Origin: Eledone cirrhosa
Lineage: Eukaryota
Assembly: GCA_964016885.1 (NCBI GenBank)
Contig: OZ024752.1
Coordinates: forward strand, 29,016,001 to 29,080,000
Direction of reading: 5' to 3'
Length of the DNA stretch: 64,000 bases
The position numbers and the translations under genes were made by a program. The notes under the pieces are model-generated. The model ran no database searches and was not told the DNA's origin. It was given only the letters and a program-made list of their open reading frames with translations. This document shows positions 50,560 through 64,000 of the stretch, in pieces; position 1 is the first letter of the stretch; every line of letters begins with the position of its first letter.

Positions 50560-51015
50560 AATGGTAGTCGGGTAATGGTAATAATGATTATGGTAAGATG
50601 ATGGTGGTGGTGGTGATAATGATGAAGGAAGTGGTCATGATGATGATAATGATGATAGCGTTGATCATGGTGATCATAGTGTAGGTGTTCATGATGATAG
50701 CGGCAGCAGTCATGATAGCAGTAGTGGTGGAGGTGCCGGTAGTAGTGTGGGTGATAGTAGTGGTGGGGGTGGTGGTGATAGTTGAATAGTTAATGGTGGC
50801 TATAGTGGTTGTAGTAATGCAGGCAGTGATGGTGGTGATAGTAGGGGTGATGACAATGGTGGTTGTTGTAGTAATGGTGGTGGTGGTGATAATAGTTGTC
50901 GTAATGATGGTAGTGGGGGTGGTGATAGTAGTGGGTGTAGTTAGTGGTGGTGGTTGTGATAGTAGTGGTGATAGAGGTGGTGGCAATGGCGATTGTTGTA
51001 GAAATGGTGGTGACA
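50560..51015. repeat. Degenerate (GGT/GTA/GAT)n trinucleotide repeat
   Basis: Direct reading; explains the poly-T/poly-V ORFs. Confidence 0.9.
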
Positions 51016-51073
51016 ATCCATAGATGGGGAAAAGGAAAAAGGAAAACAGTGCTCAGTCAGGAAGAGAGCAGAA

Positions 51074-51232
51074 ATATATTATTTATTTATGTTCATACAT
51101 GGAGCAAAGCACCACTTAAGGTTTCAAGGCCCAATTTTGACCACACCTCCAGAATATAAGTGTGATTAAAAGTGAGCCTTGAAACCTTGGGTAGCACTTT
51201 TGTTCCATGTATGAACATAAATAAATAATATA
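51074..51232. repeat. Diverged palindrome (~73-bp arms) containing hammerhead 3' halves
   Basis: Arms 51074-51146 / 51160-51232; gcctt-GAAA-ccttggg-TA at 51176-51193. Confidence 0.75.
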
Positions 51233-51384
51233 ATATATATATATATATAAAATTGCAAGTCTGAAGAACTATTAGATAAAATATATACCGTATTTCCTCT
51301 CCTAATACATATAAATCAACCACATAAAAAAATCATTTAAACGAGGCTATAAGTTTAAAATGTAATTATAAAGAAATAATAGAC

Positions 51385-52820
51385 AAATGAACTATCGTCC
51401 AATCAGTCTTACTAGCTGCATTGCCAAACTGATGGAATCCTGTGTCAGAGAAACACTTTGGAACTTCTGGAAGTCTCACAGTCTTATCCGGCCCTCGCAA
51501 TTTGGATTTATCCCTAACTCCAGCTGCTGTGATCAACTTATCGAGTTTCTTGAAGACATCACCTGGATCACTGATGGCGGCTCATGGGTGGATGCTGTTT
51601 ACCTTGACTTTGCTAAAGCTTTCAATTCCGTGCCACACAAAAGACTTATGGCAAAACTCTCTGCAATGGGTGTGAAGGATCATCTTTTTAACTGATTGAA
51701 GTCCTTCATTCTCAGTCGAAGAGAGGTAGTCATGGTTCTAGGACAGGATTCCTCACCATATGAGATGTCATCTGGTGTACCACAGGGATATGTTCTTGGC
51801 CCCCTTTTGTTTGTGGCATAGATGCCAACTTAAAGAATGCCACAGTACTGAAATATGCAGATGACATCAAGCTGTACCTTGAGATAAAAAGGACAGATCC
51901 TAAACACTATAGATCTTGCCTGCAATCTGACCTGGACACAATGCAACAATGGATCACAGACTGGCAACTCAAGCTAGCTGTGGACAAGTGCACCACCATG
52001 CATTTTGGGAGTAAAAACCCAGCGTCCACATACTCCCTCCACAACACTAATATCAAGAAGTCTTCTTGTGAACGTGACCTGGGGATTACGGTCAGCAGCG
52101 ATTTGCGTTGGACGAAGCACGTCTCTAAAATTGTCAAGAAGACCGAGGGTGTCATAGCATCACTCAGCAAGACCTTTGTCAGCCGCTCTCCAGCTATCTA
52201 TTTAAAGCTGTACATAGCTATGGTGCGGCCACACTTAGAATTTGCATCACCAGTCTGGAACCCCTATCTTGCTCAGAACATTGACCGCCTGGAAACTGTT
52301 CAGAGACGTGCAACCAAGCGAATACCCTCCATCAGGCATCTACCATACTCTGAACGCCTTACTTCCCTGGGCATGGATACATTGAAGCTCCGACGTCTGG
52401 CAACTGACTTGGTAAACACCCACAAAATTATTAACCATCTTGCCAACAACAACCCTGAGTACCTTTTTGATTTCCATGTGTCTAACACACGTGGGCATGC
52501 CCAGAAAGTCAGAAAACAGCACAGTTCCCATGACTTTCGGAAACATTTTTTCACGCTCAGAGTTGCTGAAGCATGGAACAAACTACTTGCAACAGTTGTT
52601 AGCTGTCAAGACACTGCATCCTTTAAAACCTCCATGCTTCCTGAGATTCGCCGACACTACACCTAATATTCCCCCTCCATACACATACACACATGTATAT
52701 CATGACTCATACACTATTCACTTCCTTGACATTTGTATATTATTCTATGTATTATACATGCACCTTTGATGAGTTGTAGTGCACCTGAGCACTTTACACA
52801 ATAATTTCATTATTATTATT
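51385..52820 (+). mobile_element. CR1-clade LINE 3' half with (TTA)n tail
   Basis: NYRPISLTS, QFGF, YLDFAKAFNSVPH, SGVPQG, KYADD, ERDLGI, VRPHLEFASPVWNP, TRGH, FFTLRVAEAWNKL. Confidence 0.93.
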
Positions 52821-53407
52821 ACTATCTTCTGCGATGTACAGCCATATGACATTAATCTAGTTATTTCCTTTAGCCTGTAGAAATTGACTAGACAAATAAT
52901 TAACTACACAGAGTTAGGTACAAAATAGAAGTTTGAAGAAAAAATGCACATAAACTTTACCAAAATTCCTCCAGTCCCGACCACCGGCGGTTTCGTTCCA
53001 CTTTTTGGATATACATGATCTTGGATCTATCTACGAGCTCTGATTAATGATTATTTGCTTAATTACTTCTTCATTGAACCACACTGTGAAAGGTTGCCAA
53101 AGTCATATATGTATCTGTGACTATGTCTAATTATATATATATATACCCCTTTGAATTTAATATATATATATCATCATCATCATCATTTAACGTCCATCTT
53201 CCACGCTAGCATGGGTTAGACGGGTATATATATATATATCAACTATAAATTGATTGACATATATATATATCTAAAATATGAGACAATCACAGGGAATAAT
53301 TTGTAAAAGTGTGTAAGCACACATAGCTAGGTAGGTAAGCAATTAAAGTTTAACTAGAACTTTAAAAATAGATACCTTATAAATTGATTAATTAATTTAT
53401 GATAACA

Positions 53408-53660
53408 TTGAGCAAGACACTTTATTTCACATTGCTACAGTTTACTCAGCTGTAGAAATGAGATGGTAGGGACTGGGGTCCATATCATTCCACTGCAAAG
53501 TGGTCGTGGAGGTGCCACGGCAAAAAAGCACCTAGCACTCACTGTAAATGAGGTTGGTGTTAGGAAGGGCATCCAGCTGTAGAAATCAAGCCAGAATCAG
53601 TTCCCGTCCCACCCTTGCAAGCAGCAAAAAAGCGGACGTAAAATGAAATGATGAAAAGAT
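53408..53660 (+). mobile_element. SINE family B, 5'-truncated
   Basis: Matches 46663-46950. Confidence 0.85.
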
Positions 53661-55898
53661 GATATGTGTATTCAATCCTCCAATTCTGCCAACATTTTCA
53701 CTCACACTCCTATACACACACCTCCACATTCACCACCCGCCTTCCACTGACCAGTTAAATTTCTATGACTAAATTCCTATTTTCTATGGCTACACCCACT
53801 ACTACCCTTTATTACTTTCTCCTTCCAACCCCTCCCGCTGCGACCACCACCCTGCCCATCTTATCAATATTACCCCTTCTCAAGTAAATCCTTCTGCCCC
53901 ACCCCCAAGTCTTCCTTATTTATACTCTCTGCCATGACCTGCCCCAGTGATAAACAGAGAGTAACAAAACTCACTTTTTAGCCTTAATATAAATGAATAT
54001 TAAAATTCTACTCCTTTCTCTCAGAGGTCAACTACATACGGGTATATATATATTTTAAAGGTCTCCAATTTACCACATGGTATTCTGCCTGGTTGGAATG
54101 TGGTAAATATAACAAAGTATTGGAGATATTCACACAACATCAGAGATGAGCTTACATATTGAAGCATATCTGAGGATCTTTTGATTCCAGAGTCAGGTTC
54201 GATCAATAATAGATCGTTCCTCGAGCTGATCGACAGTGAAGCATATGTAATATGTTATTAAATGTTATCACCTGGTCTGAGAATTAAACTCACAACCTTT
54301 CGATTGCAAGGCCAATGCTCTAACCACTAAGCCATGTGCCTCCAATTATATGCTTACACATACATCTAAAGCCACATATACAGATGCTATATGTAAATAG
54401 ATATACACACACAATCACAACTACATTTATAAAGGATATTCAAGGAATTACATAAATAAAGGTATTTGAAATGTTATAAAAAATATAAAAGTTTTTAAAG
54501 GTGTGTATATACACATATGAGATCCATGCGCGCATGTAAACCTAAACATAAATATACATACATACACATACACACACAAATACACATGCACACACACACA
54601 TGTGTGTATATATTTATATATTTATGTTTAGGTTCTTGTGGTTTCTGTTTAGCCCATGGTCAGCTCTGATTGGGCAGACCTAGGACCAAAAGTACTGCAG
54701 TAGAGATCATTCCATTTTCCCCCAATCTGCATTATCCTCATATCTCATTTTCCAAGACAGTGGGGGTATTATTTGAGAGGGATTTAGCTACTATTTCTAG
54801 CAAGTCAAGTGACCATTTAAAGGATCCCTCATTGGCCTCATTGAAATAGGTTTCATCTAATACTGATTGATAGTTTCATTAAAGTAGGATCACTTTGCTT
54901 TCACATCCTCCATTTTTTTCATTTCTTTCCCAATTTCTTTTCATTTTCAGCACAAAGCTGCTAACCCCTAATCTATCTTGAAGGGTTTATTCCTCATCAG
55001 AGTATGACAGGCTCTTCACAACTATCTGCCTGTCTTTTTTCCTAGTTAAAATAAAATAACTGGCTTTCTGAAGTTTGCAACACAGAGTTTCAGACACCTT
55101 GATCTTTCTTCATTCTTGTAGCATAGCTCCATAGTCTCCATGTATTCTCAGGTCTTGAATAATCGCTCCCCGTCCCCTATTAAATATTACTAGTCTATCT
55201 CTGGCAAAATTTTATTTTAAGTGGGAGCATTCGTGTGACAATTAATTTTCTTTAGACATTAAAAAACATTAGATATGACAAAATAAAAAAAAAAAACATT
55301 ACTCGAAATCACATACGTTAGGAAATAAATAGGATATGTTGGGGTCTCAATATGTAAACTAAACAACTAATTTTTTTTTTTTTTTATATCAAAGGAGACA
55401 ACCTAGTAATATTACTGATTCTCCTCCTCCCCGCTTATTCCATCTCTCCTTATTATTTTATTACTAAGATAGTAAGGTTCTTATACAAAATTATGTTGGA
55501 AGATTTTAATTTAAATTGGAGACCTTTAAAATAGGTGACTTTATTTGATAGAACCAGAGCCAGTTGTGGTTGGGTTGGGTTGGTAACCACAGGGTTAAGC
55601 TAAAAGTGAGAAAGTACCACTGTTTCAGACTGATATGGTCGTAAGTAGACATATGTACTCAGGTAAGCTTACAGAATATATGTTAAATGGAATGACTTTT
55701 GGAAACGAAACAGGTGGATATATTGAATTGATTTTATTAGCTGAATAGAGAAAGCTGATGTCAGTGAGAATTCTATTAAAAAATTAGAAAGAAATACTTT
55801 TGAATATTGTCTTCATTGTTAAGAATTTTCTGTTTGTATATATTATATTTTGACTTAAAGTGAAAAATAACATATGCCTGATATTTATTTACTGCAGA

Positions 55899-56126
55899 TT
55901 AACCTTTTAGCATTTACATTACTCTATATTTACTATTATATTTCCACGATAAAGGTTCTACCTGACATAATTATCTCACATAATATTAAATCTATGAGAT
56001 TTTGATAATATTTATTTTGAGAACTATACTCTAACATCAGTATGAGTGGTCAGTTATGGCCAGTTTGAACAGAAAGAAGTGAGAAGATTCTGGCCGAATA
56101 TGGCCAGTTTAAATGCTAAGGGTTAA
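55899..56126. mobile_element. piggyBac-derived MITE
   Basis: TTAA-flanked, same family as 48532. Confidence 0.85.
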
Positions 56127-56174
56127 AGCAACTTTGATATGAAACTTCAAATTGCATAAAAAAGAAAGGTCTCA

Positions 56175-56575
56175 TCATCATTATCATTTAATGTCCCTTT
56201 TTCCATGCTAGCATGGGTTAGACGAGTTGTCTTGTGAAAAATGCCAGGTCAGGTGAACATGTTTTGTTCATACAGAACTGATTTTGGCTTGGTTTCTACA
56301 GTTGGATGCCCTTCTTAACGCCAATCACATTTACAGTGAGTACTGGGTGCTTTTTGTCGTGACACCTACACGACCACTTAACAGTGTGGGCTGGGTGCTT
56401 TTTGTTGTGATGCCTACACAATCACTTTACAATGTGAGCCAGGTGCTTTTTGTTGTGATACCTACACGACCACTTTACAGTGTGGGCTGGGTGCTTTTTG
56501 TCATGACACCTACACAACCACTTTACAGTGTGGGCTGGGTGCTTTTTGTCATGACACCTACACAATCACTTTACA
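56175..56575 (-). mobile_element. RTE-tail/SINE fragment with five-copy 48-bp minisatellite (56333-56572)
   Basis: Units start at 56333, 56381, 56429, 56477, 56525. Confidence 0.88.
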
Positions 56576-56586
56576 GGCTGTATGTA

Positions 56587-56815
56587 TTAACCTTTTAGCA
56601 TTTACATTACTCTATATATACTATTCTATTTTTGTGGTAAAGGCTTTATCTTACATAATTATCTCACGTAAAATCGAATCTACAAGATTTTGATGTTATT
56701 TATTTTGAAAACAATACCTTAGTGTCAATATGAGCGGCCAGTTATGGCTGGTTTGAACAGAAAGAGGTGAGAGAATTCCTGCCGGATATGGCTGGTTTAA
56801 ATGCTAAAGGGTTAA
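56587..56815. mobile_element. piggyBac-derived MITE
   Basis: TTAA-flanked, same family. Confidence 0.85.
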
Positions 56816-57382
56816 TATTCATCAGATAAATAAAATTTGACCAAACCAATCTTTTTTTTTTATATAAAACCACCTGAAACTGTTCATTGTTATCTGATAA
56901 AATGCTGTTATAATTTTATGTAAATACGGCTTTGATAAATGGTTTGACCACATGTGTGTATGTGATTGTCCTCCTTACATATGACATGTGTGTATATATA
57001 TGTGTGATTGTCTTCCTTACATACCACACGTGTGTATGTGTATATGTCCTCCGTTCATACCATGTGTGTCTATGTGTTCAGGTTAGGTTTAGAATTAAAC
57101 AACCTGGAAACAAAAAAAAAATATATATATATATATAGTTATATTTGTAGTTATATTTGGGGAAGTTCGTGTTATTATATAATTGCCAGAAATATATAAA
57201 ACACACTCACTGTATACAAAAGATTATACTTAATGATTTTGATGTTTTTGTAACTGTGTTAAAATTGTTTCTTAAAAATACTGTTTGTTTCAAATTTCTT
57301 TTTTTTTTAAATTAAACATTTTTTTTATTTACATAGTGTATGACTTGAAAAAGTGAAGAGTACTGTACTGAAGCTTACCAAT

Positions 57383-57665
57383 ATGTCAAATCTGTATAAC
57401 ATTATACTAATATCATGGAAGAACTGGACTATAGTTAAGAGAAGATATATATTATCCTTAACTGAAATTTTTTTGCCATGTATTTTCATGGCAATACTTG
57501 TGACAATTCGGAAATTTGTTAATTCAGAGAACTATGCGCATATTTCAACATGGCCGAAATGTAACATTGAAAGGCAAATTCCGTTTGTTGCTTTTACACC
57601 CAATAATTCTTTTGAAAATGAAATCATGGATTGGTTGTACCAAACACAGGGTATAAACTCTAAAG
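57383..57665 (+). CDS. First coding exon of an ABCA-subfamily lipid transporter (ABCA3-like); gene continues beyond what can be traced
   Basis: MSNLYNIILISWKNWTIVKRRYILSLTEIFLPCIFMAILVTIR matches the ABCA N-terminal WKN...R...E..P-TM1 signature; acceptor at 57335-36, donor G|GTAAGT at 57666. Confidence 0.82.
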
Positions 57666-57699
57666 GTAAGTCTTTTTCTTTTCTTCTTCACCTATTTAT

Positions 57700-58230
57700 T
57701 CATGAGAGGGATGTAGAGGCAGGGATTATTGAAACACTCATTCCAGCGGGTCCTGCCAGAAGCAACCATTTCTAACTGGTCTGGCTGGATCCCCAAGCAA
57801 GACCAGCCAAGGTCATTTATGTTATCCAATCATCTTTCTTGGTGTCTACTCTTGGGTCTCTTGTCGGTTGGTTTTGCCCGTAAAATCTGTCCAGTAATTT
57901 TTTCCTGAGACATTCTAACCGTAAAATCTATCCAGCGATTCTTTTCTGAGACATTCTAACCACATGCCCATAGTATTGGAGCTGTGGTCTCTGAATTTGG
58001 AGAAGTAGCGGCTCTACCTGGAGTGACTCTCTGATCTCCGAGCTATGCACTCTAACATTACTCCAAAGACCCTTCAGAGGAACCCCATATGTATTCGTGA
58101 TCATATTCTTTCGGTCATTACCCAAGATTCATGACCATAGGTACGGGTTGACATGAATACCAAGTTGAAGATAGCGGATTAGGCTTTTACACCTATCTCC
58201 GTTCTTCTGATTACCGAATGCTAAAGGTAG
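57700..58230 (-). mobile_element. RTE LINE 3' fragment in ABCA intron
   Basis: IRESLQVEPLLLQIQRPQLQYYGHVVRMSQKRI. Confidence 0.72.
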
Positions 58231-58382
58231 GTGAACATTTAAAATTAATCATGATATTTTAAAAACATAACTGAAAAAAGTTAAAATATAAAAATAGTGC
58301 AAGAGAGAAAATGCTAGTGAAAGAGGAAAATAGCAGAGTGGGCAGCAGTAACAAAAGTAACAAAAAAGCAGTCATCTATTTA

Positions 58383-58728
58383 TCTATATATTACTAAAAG
58401 CCTGTGATTGCTTGCTTGCTTTCTTGTCTGTAATGTAATACAGCCAAAAGGGTGCATAATGGGAAAATACTTTGAAAATCTGAGCATGGGTTCCCGAGAT
58501 ATGGAGTTTTTCTGGGTACCTTCATAAACAAAGAGAGAGAAAGATAGAGAGGAAGAAATAGTGGTTGTGACAGAGTAGATTGAAAGAGAGACATAGAGAG
58601 AGGGAGAGGAGACAGAAGGAGGATGGAAGAGAGAGAGATAGAGCTGGTGTTGTTGTTGTGTATATATATATGTGAGTGTGTGTATATATATATATGTTTA
58701 TGACCAGTGTATATAGATCACATACACC

Positions 58729-58766
<38 letters not shown>

Positions 58767-58936
58767 CATACACATACATATATATATATATGTATCCAAA
58801 CACACACATAATATATATATTTCACATTATACATGTCTGTGTATATTTTAATTATTTAGAAATTAATTTTAAGTGAACATGATTTTAAAAAAATATTTTG
58901 AAGTGAATGTGACCCAACGGGTCACAGGTGGTCCAG
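58383..58936 (+). mobile_element. Non-autonomous Helitron-like element
   Basis: 5' TCTATATATTACTAAAA; 3' hairpin gtgaccc-aac-gggtcac then CCAG|T (CTAG-like). Confidence 0.5.
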
Positions 58937-59291
58937 TTCAAGTTATAGAGGAAAAATTCCTATAGTTATTTGATAATAAAATATATTGAATCTAATTTCC
59001 AGATATTTTGAAATAATCAATAATTTGCAATTATAATAAATGTATGAGAAAAAAAGAATTCTTTTACAGAAACAAAAGGAAAAAACTACTGATTATCTTT
59101 AAAAGTGCAGAAAAAATATATATTTATAAACAGTTCTGATAATGAAAATTTTCAAACTGGTGAACTATTTATGCTTTCTGTAAGATTATGTTAAAATCTA
59201 ACCACAGTTAAGAATAATTAAAAGTATAAATGTATGTATTGACCCATAATACCCAATGGAATCATTTTATATGTCACAATATTCAGAAATA

Positions 59292-59620
59292 CAGTGGAAC
59301 CTCAGTTCACAAACTTAATTCGTTCCTGAAGGTCATTCTTCACTCGAAATGTTCGTAAACTGAAACTATTTTCCCCATACGAAACGTTGAGAGAAAAATA
59401 CAGTGAGAGAGAGAGACTGTGCGTGAAAGACAGATAAATATCACCATAGTAACTAACTATTCAGCAAGTGAATTTCACACCAATATTCCCAGTTTGTCGC
59501 CAACTATTGTGTTCATTACTGGAAATACCATTCATGAATTGATATGTTTTATGTTCAGAAAAATTGTTTGTGAACTGATTTGTTTGTGATGCGAGACATT
59601 CGTGAATCATGGTTCCACTG
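59292..59620. mobile_element. Tc1/mariner (Tigger-like) MITE
   Basis: TA-CAGTGGAACC...GGTTCCACTG-TA. Confidence 0.85.
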
Positions 59621-60091
59621 TATTAACATGAAAATACCTGTTCTTGAATTACTTTAATTATAATAGTGTGATGATTCGTTCAAGAAAACACTGATCTTAG
59701 TTGAAGGTTATTGAAAAATAGATTTTCTTTATAAATATATTCCAATCTGATTGTATCTTATCTTTGTTTTTTTTTTGTATTATTGTATTTTCCTGTCCTA
59801 AAACAGATCAGATACTCAATTATTTACAAAACACACAACTATCGATCCAGGTTTTTCATGCACCATTAATTCCTACCTAGCAACATACATAAAGCATAAA
59901 GTGATCTCAATTGTTAGAATTGATCACTCATATTCATATTCGATACCAACTCCTACTTACCTTCTCTTTCTCTCTCTCTCCTATCATGTCATGTCTCTAT
60001 TGGTATCATTTCACATTGCTCATGCCCCTCTACTCTACTTGAGTAACCAATTTCTTTGTTTCACTCTCACTCCTATCATTTTTTTTTCTCT

Positions 60092-60318
60092 TTAACCCTT
60101 TAACATTTACATTGCACTATATACACTATTATATTTTCACAGTAAAGACTTTACCTCACATAATTATCTCTTATAATATCGAATGTATGAGATTAAAAAA
60201 AATTGTTTTGAGAACAATACCATAACATCAGTATGAGTGGCCAGTTACAGCTGGTTTGAACAGAAAGAGGTGAGAGAATTCTGGCTGGATATGGCTGATT
60301 TAAATGCTAAAGGGTTAA
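60092..60318. mobile_element. piggyBac-derived MITE
   Basis: TTAA-flanked, same family. Confidence 0.85.
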
Positions 60319-60816
60319 ACTCTTGGATATTACACTCTAATGCTTATCTCCACATGAAGTGGAGAGGTTTTTTTAACCTTACAGTGGTCAAAACAAACCT
60401 CTCTAGTGTTAATGCCACAATGAAATACATTCAGTACACTGTATAAAGTGATTGACAATTGAATGGTGACAACATAAGGTAGAGACAACTCTTTAGTCTT
60501 GGCAAAGAATTGATAACCTTTCTAGTGCTGGTGCCACTATATTTTATATTCTCCCAGTACACCCTCTAAAGTGGTTGATAATTGAATAGGGACAATATAA
60601 AGTAGAGTGAGTTCTTTAGTCTTGTCGAGGACATAATAACCTCAAATACTAGTGCCACAATAAAATGTACTCAGTACATTGCGTTAAATGGTTGGTGCTA
60701 GGAAGGAGATCCAGTTGTAGAAACGATGGCAAACATATGGGTGTGATAGGGTTCCTAACCCATCTAGGAGGGCTATACTTTCAAAGCTCATGCCAGTATG
60801 GACATTGAAGGTAAAA

Positions 60817-60850
<34 letters not shown>

Positions 60851-61143
60851 TTAAGTCGTTTGGAAGCCTCGGCAATGCAAATGGGTAAATCTCCGGGTAA
60901 CAAGATCCGGTGGTGGAGAGAGAGATGTAAGTTGGTGTACGTTGAGATGCGTGGCGTGTATAAGACGTGTAGAGGAATGAAGGAAAGAGCGTAAAGGATA
61001 AAAATAAAAATAACAACACGAGAGGGAGTTACCTTGGGAGAGATTTAATTGTCCCTATATATTTCTGATATATTACTGGTGGGGGAAAGGCTGTCTGTCG
61101 GAAAGGTGCGAAACGTGTCCTCCGCTGTTCGTTGTTTTGAATA

Positions 61144-61186
<43 letters not shown>

Positions 61187-61188
<2 letters not shown>

Positions 61189-63035
61189 TCATCATCATCA
61201 TCGTTTAATGTCCATTTTTCATGCTAGCATGGGTTAGATGGGTTGTTCCATTAGAGACAAGTTGGGTCAGGTGACCATGTCTTGCTCATATAGAACTATT
61301 TCTTGCTAGGTGTCTATGCCATTCCTAATGCCAACCACATTTACAGTGTGTACTGGGTGTTTTTTGTTGTGGCACTTACACGACCACTTTACAATGTGGA
61401 CTGGATGCTTTTTTTTGTATTGACATCAACATAACTTTACAGTCTAAGGGTGGTGTGGACAGAAGTGGGTGTGTGTGTGTTGGGGCATGTGAGGTGTATA
61501 GAAGGGGGTATAGTGGTTATGAGATGCCTACAAGATATATGTTTGAGTCCGCGCGCATGGGAAGGCGTGTCTTCTGTATTAGTCCATCATACCATAGATC
61601 TCGGTCCTGTGTCATTGTCTTTCAGAAGTGTTATTGCGCAAGGTCAACTTTTATCACCTCATCCCAGACATTCCTGGGTCTTCCTACTCCATACTTCCAT
61701 CAACTTTGATTGCTCTGCGCCTTTTTATACAGTTGTCATCCTTCATATTCATCATATTACCATACCAATGTAATCTCCTCTCTAGCATACTGCATCTGAT
61801 CCCTCTTATGCCTAATTTCTCTCTCAGTTCATTTACACTTTGCTGTTTATGTATTACACATCTATTGGAGCATGCATGCTTCATTTCTTTCTAATCTTCA
61901 CAGGTCCTCTGCACGCAGTGCCAAGGTCTCACTACCATGTACATTGTTGTTTGTATACATTCATTGTACAATCTGTCTTCATTTTAAGGGAAAAACCTTT
62001 TGTAGCTAACAGTGGTAATAGCTCCCTGAACTTTCTCCCTCCCGTTCTTGCTCTGGCTACTGTACTTTTGGAACACCTTCCTCCACTGCTGATTTCGTCA
62101 CCCAGATAACGGAAACTGTCGACTATTTCTATAGAACTGTCTGGGTATTTGAAAGAGCTAGTATCCTGTGGGCACTTGCTACTTACTGCATCTGTGCATC
62201 GGTTGCATATAAAACTGCATCCTTTGATAGCCTGCCTGTGATCCCACTACATCTTTTATGTACCCATAGCTTGCATTTGGGACATAGAATGGAATTTCTA
62301 CCTACTCCTTTCCTGCACACTGAGCAAGGTCATTTCCCAGAAGGAATCTGGGCCATTTTCCTTTCTACATACTAGGACTTTAGTCTGACACTTTAAGATC
62401 TTTTGGTTCTAGGCCATGCTTCTAGGTTTGGAATATTTTCTCTAGTTCAGCCACAGATTCAGCTATGAGAGTTAGATCATCTGCATAAAGAGGTTCCCAT
62501 GGGCAGCCAGTAATAAACTCTGCTGTTATAACCTGTAGGGCAATAATAAACAAGAGAGGGCTAAGGGCGGAGCCCTGATGAACACCTACCTGTACGCTAA
62601 ATTCTTCACTATAGCCATTGTTAATTCTAACCTTGCTGACTGTTCCTCTATACATGGCTTGTACAGCTTTCAGAAGTCACTCATCTACTCCTATTTTCTA
62701 AGAGCCCACCAGATAATGGAGCGGGGGACTCTGTCAAAGGCTTTCTCTAAGCCAACAAAAGCTAAGTAGAGGGGTTTACTTTTAGCTAGGTACTTCTGCA
62801 GTTGCCTCACAGAGAAGAGAGCATGTGGTACTTTAACCTGGCACAAATCTAAACTGCATTTCATCAAGGTTAATTCGGTCCCTGATCAGCTGTGTGATAA
62901 CTCTTTCTATAACCTTTATGACCTGGTCAACCAGCTTAGTGCCTCTATACTTTTCTCTGTCTAGAGTATCTTCTCTACCCTTGTAGCAGTTGATGATGCT
63001 GCTGCTACACCCGTCATTTGGTATGACCCCATTTT
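61187..63035 (-). mobile_element. RTE LINE (same family as 33811-35648), degenerate, with tail
   Basis: GVHQGSALSPLLF, GCPWEPLYADD, RLHWYG; (CAT)n at 61187. Confidence 0.9.
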
Positions 63036-63771
63036 GTATTAATTGTTATAATTATATTAAAAGTTAAATAGAGATAAGAATTTTTATTTATCAAAGGAAA
63101 CAGCCCATGATATTTGGAGCATTATTGCAAACGATACTTCGGTCAGATAAGATACCAAAGAATAAATCAAGAATTTTGTGGTTAATAGCCAAGTACCTCC
63201 AAACATCACAAATGACATGGATTGAAAAATGTAATTTTCCTGCAATGGGTGATGTTTAGAATTTGTGATTTTATATTAAGTTGCTATTTTTACTCTGCCT
63301 TACTGTATATTAATACTAGTATCATGATGCCATGATTTTAGATCAATAATGTATGTTTAGTGTTATCAGTCATGTCATAGCAAGTATTTTCCCCCCTACT
63401 TACATCATGGGATTTCGAAGTTAGTCTTAGGGTCAATTAAAATAACATTGCTTTTATTGTTGCTATTTTTAATTAAATTTGATCAAAGATGATATATGTA
63501 ATTAGCTGGCTTAACTTGTACCTCTTATCTTTAATGATAATGTTTCGCTTATTAGTAATTAGTGAGAGTCTAGGCTTTTATACTAACAAAAATAATTACG
63601 ACTTCAATGAGATAGAATTATGAAAAGAACAAATGGCAATAAAAAGAAAAAAAAAAATGAAGAATCCATTTATTTTTAGGCTTTATCTCCAAAGGGAGCC
63701 TTTCGTTAAGAGTCATTATGAGGAACAGCCAAATAAAATAGAGGATTAGCAATTTTAATTATCTCTCTAAC

Positions 63772-64000
63772 ATTACCTGGAATGTTTTGATTAGAAATAT
63801 CCACTTTTTCCATCCCGTTCTGACTCTGGCTACTGTACTTTCAAAGCACCCTCCACCACTGCTGATTTTGTCACCCAGGTAATGGAAAGTGTCCCCTATT
63901 TCTATAGAACCATCTGGGCAATAGAAGGAGCTAGTATCCTGTGGGCGCTTGCTGCTTATTGCACCTGAGCATCGGCCACATATAAAATCTATGTTCTTAG
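63772..64000 (-). mobile_element. RTE LINE fragment running off the window end
   Basis: Reverse complement matches 34560-34790. Confidence 0.85.

Noticed and set aside
50588-51159. Thr-rich mucin-like and Val-rich ORFs
   Set aside because: Translations of a degenerate trinucleotide repeat; no splice or domain support
56284-56598. Periodic 48-bp array/ORF as CRISPR-like or repeat protein
   Set aside because: No unique spacers; it is a tandem expansion inside a retroelement tail in a eukaryote
61080-61130. GCGAAACGTGTC resembling a hammerhead 3' half
   Set aside because: No intact CTGANGA upstream and no stem I
63680-63745. Second ABCA coding exon (tttttag|GF...)
   Set aside because: In-frame stop after ~19 codons and no donor; no further ABCA exon could be supported in the window

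Overview
AT-rich eukaryotic (animal) genomic DNA; the repeat landscape (CORE-type and second tRNA-SINE families, RTE LINEs with (GAT)n tails, dense (TA)n) best fits a coleoid cephalopod/octopod (inference). 1.7-15.8 kb holds a complete 13-exon DDX5/DDX17 (p68/p72) DEAD-box helicase gene (+, 744 aa). Its repeat-free intron 11 carries several stop-containing cryptic exons and a cluster of consensus 5' splice sites next to an anti-5'ss element, which suggests an autoregulatory splicing switch. 16-57 kb is a nested transposon field (RTE, CR1, CRE, Penelope-like, Helitron, Chapaev3, piggyBac and Tc1/mariner MITEs, SINEs). The first coding exon of an ABCA-family (ABCA3-like) transporter is at 57.4 kb. 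The main unannotated signal is about 10 type-I hammerhead ribozyme motifs between 21 and 45 kb, on both strands. They sit at Penelope-like element 3' ends and in long DNA palindromes inserted in (TA)n, and show covarying stems, palindromic stem III and a recurrent pyrimidine-pyrimidine (mostly C.C) mismatch in stem II. All calls are by eye; no searches were run.
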